The notes under the pieces were generated by a model. It was given only the letters and a program-made list of their open reading frames with translations. It was not told the DNA's origin and did no database searches. Both the position numbers and the translations under genes were made by a program. From positions 50,468,001 through 50,532,000 of the forward strand of contig NC_043009.1 in NCBI RefSeq assembly GCF_006345805.1: a DNA stretch of 64,000 nt, read 5' to 3'. This DNA is from Octopus sinensis (Eukaryota). This document shows, in pieces, positions 52,829 through 64,000 of this stretch. Each line of letters opens with the position of its first letter. Within the stretch, counting starts at the first letter, position 1.

Positions 52829-53043
52829 AGGTGAGCTGGCAGAATTGTTAGTGCACTGGGAAAAATGTTTAGCAGTGTTTCATTTGTCTTTATGTTCAGA
52901 GTTCAAACTTCACCAGGTTCATTTTGCTTTTCATCTTTTCAGGGTCGATAAAATAAGTACCAGTCAATCACTGGGGGTTGATGTAATTGACTAACTCCCT
53001 TTCTCAAAATTACTGGCATTGTGCCAAAATTTTAAACCAATAT
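52829..53043 (+). mobile_element. SINE family B variant, full length
   Basis: AGGTGAGCTGGCAGAA head, GAGTTCAAAC B-box, GGGTCGATAAAATAAGTACCAG core. Confidence 0.85.
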
Positions 53044-55699
53044 TTAGTTATGTCCTTGTCATATTTTGAGTATAATTCCTAACAGGAACAAATAAGAATG
53101 AGTGGTGGGTGGCTTAATCTGTCACTTGGTACATTGAGTGCCTTTAGTGGAGTCCACTCAGTTACAAGCATTCCAAGTTTCAGGTTTGAGAATACATTTC
53201 TCCCTCTCCCTATCACCAGTTTTGGTGAGTTTTAAAGAGTTATATATATGGCCTTCCTCTTGATAAAATAAATAAATAAATAAACTAGGATCAATTTATC
53301 TACTATACCCCTCCCTAGAAAGTTATGGTTTTATGCTAAGATCATCATTTAAATACATTCATTTAAAAACATGCTGCCATGCACCCATCTGGGTTTTTTT
53401 ACTGCTCACTTTATTTAGTCAAATACAATACAAATATATTACACAATATCTTACTATCCAATGTGAGAGCACCCTATATGATATTTTACATATTTACTAT
53501 TCATATTGTTAGTTGTTGACATCAGCCCTAGTACTTGGCTGGTATCTTATTTTATTGGTCCCTCAAAGAATGAAAATCAAAGTTGATCACGGCAGGATTT
53601 GAACTCAGAATGTAAAGAATTGGAACAAACAACACTGTACAGCATTTAGTCTGAAACTCTAATAATTCTGTGAATCAAACTACCTCAGTTATAATAATAA
53701 TAATAATCATAATAAGGATGTTTAACTCAGGCACATATCCAAATTCTTCAAGTGGGGGTGCAATTTTCCATAATGACAAGTAAGTCAGTAGTTATTAATT
53801 GACCTCCAGAGAACAAACAAATAAATAAAGAATAAATAAGACAATCCCAAAATGATTTGAACTCAAAATTGCATAGCACACAACTAAATAATAATGACAG
53901 AATATATTTATCGTTCTGTGCAATTATGAAAGCTACAGAATTTTGGAACTTAATTTAAATTGTTTTTTTTTATCTTCTGAGATGATAATAACAATTCGAA
54001 AAGTGACAAATATTGATAGATATTTAAATATTAAAATAGTTTGTTTTCTTAATATATATATTTGAAAATTCAATTGCTTAAACATAACAGACACACAAGT
54101 GCATGTATGCACACACATACATGCATGCATGCATACACACACATATGCATGCACACACTTTGTTAAGTTGGCATCAGCTGCTTTTTTCATATGACAGCAA
54201 ACTGGAGTTAAGCAAGCTCTGACAAAGATTAATAAATCTGAAACTGTGTAGTTCAATATGTACACCATGTTAATGAGAACTTGGGACATATTCCAAAGTT
54301 CCATTTCTGTTAGCGTATATATATTTTTAAATATAATTTAGTGTACTAAACTGTGTGCACATGTGTGTGCGCACGTGTGTGTGTGTGTATGTGTAAATAT
54401 GAGAACCAAAAGTGCTTCATAAATGTCATGGAGATTATTTCTTTGTTGGAAGATGAAGTCTTGCTCTGATGCTATTTAGAGTACTGTATTACTAGTACAC
54501 TCTTCAAGGCACCTTGTAGAGTGTAAAAATAATGAAAAACTTGTGGTAGCTATGAAGCGGAGCCTCAGCTTCTGGTAAATATGTACATATACCACATTGT
54601 AAAAAATGAGTACATATATCATGTGACAGTTCATAAAAAAAGTGTCCGTTGTTTCCAATCTTCTTTTAAAATATGTCCAGCCATTGAAAAAATAATTGCG
54701 TTGCTAAAAAATAGGCAAGGGTTGATGACAATAAGGGCATCAGAATATTGAAAATTTGCCTCAATGAATTCTATCTGACTCATGCAACCATAGAAAAGTA
54801 GACATTAAAAGACATTTACAATTACACACAAACAATTACATTTTGAGACAAGTTTCTTTTAGACTTAAAATGAATACATATGTAATTTAAAAAAAAATTT
54901 AATTGCCTTTTTGCTATCTATATTTATTTTTTTTAGGTAAGCTGTACTTGTGTCTCCTGAGTTTAGAATAGATACACTGTATTCCTATGTGTTGTAAGAG
55001 GCAGCTAAAAGGGTTGGCAATAGGAATGGCATCTATCCATAAAATACTGCCACAGAAATACTGTCCAATTCATGCTAGCATGATGATTTTATGAAGAAAG
55101 CCAATTTCTTCTTTGCCTACTACAATCCATATTCTACATACATGCATGTGTAAAAATGATGAGTGTTGATGGTAAATGAAGAAACATGTAACCGATAACT
55201 GAAACAATTTTCCACACTGGCAAAGGCTATAAATTCTTAGACAAGGGAAGTGAATCGAACCCAAGTATATGACAGGTACTTACTTTATCAACCCAGTATT
55301 GTTTGAACCGAGGGTGTAAAAGAAAATAAAAAACTAAATCCTACAAATATGCATCTTGACATTTTGCCGTTTCTAACACTCCTCTACTAGAGACGTGACA
55401 CTCTTGATATAATATATTGTTATGAATATAGCTCTCGACAGAATATTTTCATTTGAAACCACTGTAGTAGTTGCACTGAAAATAATGATAATGGTAACAT
55501 GCAACAATAATGAGTTAATCAAAAATAACAAAATGTGTATGTCAGTAGGTGAATAATAACCGAATATCTATTTACATAGCTTGGTGTGTGTTTGTCTCTT
55601 GATATAGTTGCGTAAGCATTTACCATGTATCTATGAAAGTGACTTACGTGCATGTGTGGCAGGGTATTGTTATATATGCAATCATCAGGTTACATCATG

Positions 55700-56740
55700 A
55701 ATGCAGTGTGTATGACTATCTATGTGTGTATAAGGTTGTGTCTGTACTTCTGTAAATTAGTGTGTGTTTGTGTGTATGTGAGCATGTATTACTGTATGCA
55801 TGTGTGTATTTGAGCGAAAGCACATGCACTTTTTTATGAGTGTGAATTTATATCAGTCTGAGCATGTATGTTTCTGTGCATGCCTGCATGTATTTATGTG
55901 AGGCTGTGTGTATATGTCTATAAAAGTGACCATCTATGCATCTGTGTATCTTGCCTCAGGTTAGTTCCAATCAATCATAATCATGGTCAAAGGTTCTCCA
56001 GCCTTGACTATCTCATCTTTCATTAAGACACAATGAATTTCAGACTACATCATCCAAAGTGTTCTTCTTATTTTGTAGTTTGAGGAAAATATAGCTGCTA
56101 TTTCTAGCAGGCCATGAAACCATGTAGAAGCATTCCCATTGGCTCATATTAGTTATGTAAGTGTGAAGGAGGTCCATAGAAGTGTCTCTGCTGACAAAAA
56201 TGCAATGAATAGGGATGTGGAGGAGTCAGAGTGTACATGCATGAGTGTTTGGTTGTTGTAGGTGTGTTTACACATATGTGGTGTGTGTGTGTGTGTGTGT
56301 ATTAGTGACCATATGTGCATGTATATTTCTCTGTATGAGAGCTTGTGTGTATGTATTTTTATGTATACAATTGAGTGCATGCACACATTTGTATGTGTAC
56401 ATGAACATCATTGTATGTGTGCATATTTGTATGAATTTGAGTGTGTGCATATGCAATTATGTTTATATATGTATATATATAAATATATATGCATAATATT
56501 GCGTGTGTATGTTCATGTATATGCATGCAAGGTTCTCTGCGTGTGTATGTACATATAAGTGAGAGTATATATGCATATGTACACCAGCTTATGTGTCTGC
56601 ATTCATTTATGTATGCAAGCATGTATAAAGTATGTGTGCATATGTATACAAGCATGTTTGTATACATATATACACACACACACCTGCATGTGTGTATGTA
56701 CAGTGTACATTATGTCCAAATAATAATTTGTGTGTATGGT
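55700..56740. repeat. ~1-kb degenerate alternating purine-pyrimidine (TG/TA/CA) tract
   Basis: Direct reading. It produces the overlapping C/V/Y/M-rich spurious ORFs. Confidence 0.75.
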
Positions 56741-57551
56741 ATGAAAGTGGGGGTGGCCAATAGAGTTAAAGTTAATTGCCCTTTAAGTAGGCTTCTAACA
56801 TAGTTGGTACTGAAGAAAAGTTACCAATAAATGTCATCCATGATCAATATATCAATATCTCTGTCTCCACAACTCTCTCTTTCTATGTATCATCATCAAC
56901 ATCATCATCATAGTGTCTGCTTTCCCGCACACATATGGGTCAGACAGAATTCACTCAGGCAAATTTTCTATATCCAGATGCCCTTCTTCTCACCAACTTC
57001 CATCTGGTCCCAAGCAAGGTAGGATATCTCCATGGTTAGATGTGTTTTCATTGAAGGTTGAAAACAAAAGACACAGTTTATTTACAACTGTCATAAATGT
57101 CAAGACAAGGAGACATACACACACGCACATCTTTTATCTTTTACTCGTTTCAGTCATTAGACTGCAGCCATGCTGGGGCACTGCCTTCTAGAATTTTTAG
57201 TCAAATGAATCTACACTAGTTCTTCTTTTTTTGTTAAGCCTGGTACATATTCTATTGGTTTCATTTCCTGAAACACTAAGTTATTGGAACATAAATGCAC
57301 CAATATCGGTTGTCAAGTAGTGGTGGGGTACGAACACAGACGCTTATATACACAGTAGGCTTCATTCAGTTTTCATTAACTAAATCTTCTCACAAGGCTT
57401 TGGTTAGCCTAGGACCAAAGAAGAAGATACTTGCCCAAGTTGTCATGTAGTTGGCTTGATTCCAAAATAATGGGGTTCCTGGTTCAGTCCCTACCCATCT
57501 ACATAATCATGCCTGCTTGTATGTGTGTGTATGTGTTCCATAAACTATGTA

Positions 57552-57777
57552 TATTTCTTTACTACCCACAAGGGGCTAAACAGAGAGGGAACAAACAAGG
57601 ACAGACAAACGGATTAAGTCAATTATATCGACCCCAGTGCGAAACTGGTACTTTATTTATCGACCCCGAAAGGATGAAAGGCAAAGTCAACCTCAGCGGA
57701 ATTTGAACCCAGAACGTAACGGCAGACGAAATACGGCTACGCATTTCGCTCAGCATGCTAACGTTTCTGCCAGCTCG
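57552..57777 (-). mobile_element. SINE family B, full length, young
   Basis: 14-bp TSD CCATAAACTATGTA (57538-57551, 57778-57791). Confidence 0.93.
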
Positions 57778-58951
57778 CCATAAACTATGTAGTTGACCCC
57801 TTTTCCAAAACTGAAAACTTGCATGAAATACATTGGCCAACACCCTCCCTGCCTTATAATCCAGAGAAAAGGGAAGTGTGGTTGTAATGATGGTAGCTGA
57901 GATGGGTGCTGCTAACTCTATACTAAGCTTTCAATTCTAAGGGGAGAGCAATGTCGTTGCTTAATGTTGCTGTTACTGCTGTTTCTGCTAATTGGAATTT
58001 CATTTCACTATATTTTAGTTAATTATAAAAGCCTATTTTCTCCGTAGAAGAAAAATAAACACAAACACATACACTAACATAACACATGCGACATAACTCA
58101 TCATAAACACACAAACACACATACACACTCTCATATAAAACAGAGCACACTCACAACATCTATCATACTCTCAACACATTCCACATATCACTACTACACA
58201 CCACACACACATATTCTAAAACTTCTCGGAGTGAACAGTGCAGAGAGTGAGGTGGGTGGTAGAGGATGAGGTGGTGTTAAAACAACATTAACGTAACAAA
58301 GTATTTCAGTGCAATTATGCATCACCACCTGCCCACACACCCAAAGGAAGAAGAAAAGCAGGGTGGATATGGAGAAGGGTATTTTCAACAAGCCATTTCT
58401 TAAAGGCAAGATAGCATACAATATTTTATTGTTTGTCTAGAGGTTTTGCTCTCAAACAACCACTTGATGATCTGTCAAATGTCAAGTGCATTTTTCCTTT
58501 TGCTCAGTAAGGACAAACCCCAAGCGACATAGCACATGGCACATAGACCCCCAGTCTACCAGTCAAGCAGCTGATCTACTGCCATCGGGCGGGGGGGGGG
58601 TTGACCCCACAACCATCATCACCTACATGATAACAATGTAGTCAAGTTTCTTCCTGACAAGATGTTAAACAAAATAAAAAAATTGCTTAATTTTTGTTCT
58701 GTTTTTTCAATCAATGAACTTATAATTAGCATCTAAAGAGTCATAAGGTCAAGTGTTGAAATTCTATTTGAAAAGAGGTTAAGTGTTTGTAAAGGACTAT
58801 CACAGAATCTTAGCAGTATAACTTCACCAGGTGGATATCAGACTCTAGAGAGCAATAGTAAGAAGAAACACTTTTTTTTTTAAATGCTAGGTAATTTTCT
58901 GACATTTGACTTTACCTATCTTTAAAGAAAGCTCTCTGTGAATCTGAAATT

Positions 58952-58986
<35 letters not shown>

Positions 58987-59841
58987 GCTCTTCTGGCTAT
59001 ACTAATTCAAGACTTCAGTATAAGATATAAGTTTAATTATGGTTGGCAGTAACTCAAGTATATGGATTTCAAAATGCTTCAGATTTTTAATCAGGAAATC
59101 AGAAATAATAATCCTCATACCCGGCTAAAACCAACTTGCTTCAGCAAAGTAGTAATGTACTTGAGAAAAATGCATGGAAACTCCTGTGATCCTGCTAACA
59201 TAATTTATTACACTCCCAGTTTTCAACATCACTATTTTTCTTTCATAAAATTTTTTTATGATGTCAAGTCAGCAATGTGAGCATGTGTGTGTGTGTGTAT
59301 TATACATTTATGTATACAAACAGAAGAGCATGCAATACATAAAGTAGATTTTAAATTCACTGAAAAGCAGTCAGTGGAATGCACACCATTGTTACTCAAA
59401 GTTTCAAGCAATTACTCACACAAGAATGTAGGTGAGATTTTTCAGACAAAATTGAAAAATATGGCAGATGTTAAGTCCATAGGTTCACTTAGTAGACTTT
59501 GCATAACTGAAAAATGTATTCCAAAATTCCAAGATGCTCAAACGTCAGAGTATATAAATAACTGGCTCTGAGAAAAACTACCTCTAAAAATTCAACTGCA
59601 TCTTTTACATTGTAATTTCTCTCGAAACTAAACCTGAGTTACCTTCCCTTACAGTACACAAGTGTGCATAGAGTGAGGCTTTACAGATTGTATCTAGTCT
59701 CACTAAATGATCAAACACAACCAATGAGAACCCAACTTACAAGTGCACCTGTGAATTTAATACCTCCTGTCATCCTCACAATATTGTTGTGTGCATAGTT
59801 GACAAGTGAGTTAATTCACTGGTTTTGTGATATGATATGTG

Positions 59842-59875
<34 letters not shown>

Positions 59876-59876
<1 letters not shown>

Positions 59877-60081
59877 CGGGAAGGTTTACGAAAATAAACA
59901 AAAGACGAAGGCAGGTGGAGTACAAACAAACAAATGTATTAGTATAGCGCTCAGGAATAGAAATAGAAAAAGTCTTTTACATTTCGAGCCTACGCTCTTT
60001 GACAGAAAGATACACAGAATAAAACAAGGAGAGAAATGAGGAGAGAAAAAAATGCATGTAGGAGCTAACGATCTATCATGG
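59876..60081 (-). mobile_element. (TA)n-associated element, subfamily D
   Basis: Begins directly after (TA)n. Hammerhead-like motif at 59974-60009 with core CUGUCAA (G8A, consistent with CpG decay). Confidence 0.8.
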
Positions 60082-60092
60082 TGTCCATATAG

Positions 60093-60125
<33 letters not shown>

Positions 60126-60980
60126 TGTCATTATTCAGTTTTACTTCAAGATTTCTTGGTAATAGAGTTTCTAACCTAGATCCCAGGCTCCTTCATTGGA
60201 ATTTAAATATCAACAACAGGGTTTTTTTGTATGTATGTATATATACATGTAGATTTGTATGTTTTGTTTTATGTATGTCTTCTCATGTATACATTGTGTG
60301 TGTGTGTATGAAGATGAGAGAGCCACTCCAAAATTCAAGAATCCAGTGGTTTGGTTAGGAGAGCTGTCAACTGACTTGGTGTATTTACACCTGTTTGTCT
60401 ACAGTAAGAAGTTTTCTCCATGAAAAAATATGAGTGGCTTTCTCAGGTTCAAATATGCTTGCTAACAAGTTTGTATTTATACACATCACTGCTTAGCACT
60501 CTCACTTCATGTTCGGTCAAGCCTGAACTTTCCTTCTTGGTACCATCCATGCAACATCTATATTCCTCCCTGTGCCTGTCAAATCTTATGTCCTTGCCAT
60601 AAGGCTTTACTTCCACACAAGCCAGCTTAATTTAATTCGTCCTTAATCGAAAGACACCTGTTGTTATGTCCTGTTATTTGCATTTGTATTTGTGTAACAA
60701 TTCTTCGCTTTTTCCATCCTTGTTTTCATATACATTCACTGCTTTCTTCCAAGGAATCTAATGCTCTTAGCTTAGTTTTTCCTTGGGGTTGGCCAGATTG
60801 GAGCAATCTCGAGTATTACTAGCCGAAATTGTAAAGATAATCTGGAACTCGACTGAGGAAAGAAAACTCCAAATGACCTGTCTTTGTTTTCTTTGTATCG
60901 TCTGTCTAGATGTTTTGTTGTCCCTTTTTGTATCACCTAACTGTCTGGATGTTTTGCGTTCTTGTCCCATTATTGTATTT

Positions 60981-61035
<55 letters not shown>

Positions 61036-61381
61036 TATATGTATGTATGTATAAATAGGTAGGCAGATAGATTGATTGATACACATATGTATACATGCAT
61101 GCACACGCACACACATACTCACACACACACACACACGCAAATGTATCACATATTGTTTTATTCTTTTACTGGCTTCAATCAGTGGACTATGGCCTTCCTG
61201 AGGCACTGCCTTCAAGGGTTTAAGCCAGTCATTTTGACTTTAGTATTTATTTCAGTCTGATGTTCATTTCATTGGTGCCTATTTATGCAGCCACTAAGTT
61301 ACAGGACATAAAGGGACAGACCTTAAATAACAACACTGATTTTTGGACCACTCTAAATCAAACAAATATGCACCCCTACCT

Positions 61382-61437
<56 letters not shown>

Positions 61438-61442
<5 letters not shown>

Positions 61443-61637
61443 ATCCAAACATGAAAACACAACAACGTGAGGACGTGGAACAAATATAGTATTATTGGAC
61501 GCTCAGGAAAGAAGGAAAGAAGGAGGGTTTAACGTTTCGAGCTGAGCTCTTCGTTGGAAACATAGGAGAAGGAAAGATTCAGAGAAGGGAAGACAGAGGA
61601 AAAAAAATCGCCAACGGTACACACGCGGTCACATTTT
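61438..61637 (-). mobile_element. (TA)n-associated element, subfamily P
   Basis: (TA)n on both sides. Inverted copy of 20690-20889. Motif at 61527-61561 with core CCAACGA and helix II loop UCA. Confidence 0.82.
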
Positions 61638-61868
61638 GATATATATATATATGATAAGTCTTTGCATAGTTACTGCTTGCCAAATTCCAATCACAAGGCA
61701 TTAGGCAACCCAATGCTGTTGTAGAAAATACTTGCCTAAAGTTGTGACATGAGAGTAAACCCTAAACCATATGGTATTAAGTGGACTTCTTAACAACACA
61801 GCCATGCTTGGAATTGTGTGTGTGTGTGTGTGTGTGAAAGAGAAAGAGAGACAGAGACAGAATGCATG

Positions 61869-61908
<40 letters not shown>

Positions 61909-62563
61909 TATATATTCAAATACGTACATAGATACACAAAATGGCTTCTCTCCAGTTTAAATGTAATTCAATTAGAAACATGTATTTAGAGTATCTCCTC
62001 CTTGGCTCCCGTTGAGAACTGACAAGTTAGATCATGCAACTCAGGTTAGTAATTAAATTGAGTCCTTCACCATCATATTATCCTCAAATTGTGAGGCGCA
62101 AAACCAAACAGCACATATTCATGGCTAGAAAGAACTATTTCTTCAAACAGGATGCTGTTGAGTGAAGGAAAGCTGTCAATAAACTTCACTGTGCTAATGG
62201 AACTTAATTGTAATGAGGATCTTCCTTTTCAGTTACACTGTTGCCGTGTTAGTTTGATTAGGAAACGCGTAATATTGATTCCTTTGAACCAGGCATAAGG
62301 CCAATTTCTATAGAAGAGGAATATAGTTGATTGAATCAACTTCATATTATATAACTTAACTAATACTTGGTTTACTGACCCCTGTAGCATGAAAGGCAAC
62401 ATAGTCAGTACTGGTAGGGTTCGAACTGTGAATGAATGTAAAGGGACAAACTTAAATAAAGCATTTAGTGCAACACTCTACAGTTCCCTATCGACTGCTG
62501 TCGAGGAGATAAACATATTGATTTAATGTTCAGCAACAAGATGAGTATATGGTTCAGTGAATT

Positions 62564-62947
62564 TACTCTCTTTACTCTTTTACTCTTTTACTTGTTTCAG
62601 TCATTTGACTGTGGCCATGCTGGAGCACCGCCTTTAGTCGAGCAAATCGACCCCGGGACTTATTCTTTGTAAGCCCAGTACTTATTCTATCGGTCTCTTT
62701 TGCCGAACCGCTAAGTGACGGGGACGTAAATACACCAGCATCATTTGTCAAGCAATGCTAGAGGGACAAACACAGACACACAAACATATACACACACATA
62801 CATATATATATAACGGGAAGCTTTATGAAAATAAACAAAAGACGAAGGCAGGTGGAAAACAAACGAACAATTGTATTAGTATGGCGCTCAGGAAATATAA
62901 ATAAAACAAGTCTTTAACGTTCCGAGCCTACGCTCTTCAACAGAAAG

Positions 62948-63002
<55 letters not shown>

Positions 63003-63186
63003 ATATATATATACATATATACGATAGGCTTCTTTCAGTTTCCGTCTACCAAATCCAATCACAAGGCTTTGGTCGGCCTGAGGCTATAGCAGAAGACACT
63101 TGCCCAAGATGTCACGCAGTGGGACTGAACCCGGAACCATGTGGTTGGTTAGCAAGCTACTTACCACACAGCCACTCCTGCGCCTA
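62564..63186 (-). mobile_element. SINE family A interrupted by a subfamily D element in its internal (TA)n
   Basis: Tail half 62564-62812, insert 62813-62950, (TA)n, head half to 63186. Confidence 0.88.
62813..62950 (-). mobile_element. (TA)n-associated element, subfamily D, truncated and nested
   Basis: Homologous to 59876-60010. Motif at 62911-62948: UCUUU-CUGUUGA-A-GAGC-GUAG-GCUC-GGAA-CGU-U-AAAGA. Confidence 0.82.
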
Positions 63187-63297
63187 TATTACTGGTACTT
63201 ACCACACAGCCATGCAGTGGGACTGAACCCAGAACCATGTGGTTGGTTAGCAAGCTACTTACCACACAGCCACTCCTGCGCCTAATTACTGGAACTT
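63113..63297 (-). repeat. Local tandem duplication of a SINE A head plus flank
   Basis: Both copies share the private variant GGTTGGTTAGCAAG and the flank CCTA(T)ATTACTGG(T/A)ACTT. Confidence 0.85.
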
Positions 63298-64000
63298 ATT
63301 TTATTGACCCTATAGTGTATTATCAAAGTAAGTGGGATTTAAGGTGTAAAGCAACAAAACTAAATACAAGGCTTGAAAAAACAAGGAGTGGTGACAAAAA
63401 GTGCACACAGCTGTAGAAAAATACCCAAAGTCTTGTCCAATATACACCAGTATGGTAAAAAAAAAAAAAAAAACGGATGTAAAAACAATGATAATGGAAG
63501 CATTTTGTGTGATTCTCTTACAGTTTTTCTGCTTCACCAACTTCAGTTTTATTTGTTGTTATTGCTATTATTATTATTTATATACATTTAAACATCTGTT
63601 CCCCATATGAACACAAGCCAGAAGACATTTCAAATAGATATTTACATGGATTGTTTGAGCAGATGTTTCATAATGGCTTTATGCTAACCACTCGAGTATG
63701 AAGTGGAAATGGTAATTAATTTTGAGAGAAATATGCTAAGCCAAGGAGTGTAATGTACAATGCTCAGGGTCTTAACACAATACCAACTGTCTGAGTTGAA
63801 ACTGTGACTGATGGATAAGTATTTCAGTGCTTTAAGCAGTCAAGCCATCATTTCAGCAACAACTGTTTTTGTTTGGAATTTAAGTACATCTTAAAATTTC
63901 ATTGTTATGTACCTTAATACTTATAATGATAAGATGTAATGTAAGATATATACATAATTAGCAAACTTGCTAATTAAGGTGATTTGTGGCATATAGTCTG

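Larger units (their letters stand above)
52333..53132. repeat. Long inverted repeat (arms 52333-52517 and 52947-53132)
   Basis: By-eye comparison gives 7 differences over about 185 bp. The arms include about 95 bp of sequence seen nowhere else in the window. Confidence 0.9.

Noticed and set aside
58588-58600. Poly-G run inside an exon-like block after a strong acceptor (58507)
   Set aside because: A single G-run cannot form an intramolecular G4, and the translation has no recognisable homology.
60455-60632. Minus-strand peptide ...RFDRHREEY...SSGLTEH vaguely like a GIY-YIG C-terminus
   Set aside because: No GIY/YIG motifs, flanked by stops, and opposite to the inferred sense of the adjacent element.

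Overview
AT-rich, microsatellite-dense eukaryotic non-coding DNA, most likely cephalopod (Octopus-like). The taxon is inferred from my recognition of the SINE repertoire, not from a search. No intact, recognisable host protein-coding gene is present. Nearly all ORFs in the track are translations of (TA)n/(CA)n/(GA)n repeats or of SINE bodies, and only a few weak candidate exons exist. The window is a retroposon/transposon landscape. It holds tRNA-derived SINE families (labelled here A, B and E), two 5'-truncated RTE-type LINEs plus short repeats sharing their 3' tail (family C), a decayed mariner (DD34D-type) element, a non-autonomous Helitron, several TTAA-flanked piggyBac-like MITEs, and a ~555-bp element embedded in (TAA)n. 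The most interesting signal is a set of ~140-210-bp elements that always abut (TA)n tracts and carry a minimal type I hammerhead-ribozyme-like motif. It occurs in 5 copies in 2 subfamilies, with a compensatory base-pair swap in helix I and subfamily-specific changes in the catalytic core. These resemble non-autonomous Penelope-like/retrozyme-type elements. Other notable items are a ~185-bp near-perfect local inverted duplication, a 25-bp micro-inversion inside a SINE, a chimeric SINE trimer, candidate recursive splice sites and a candidate 11-nt microexon.
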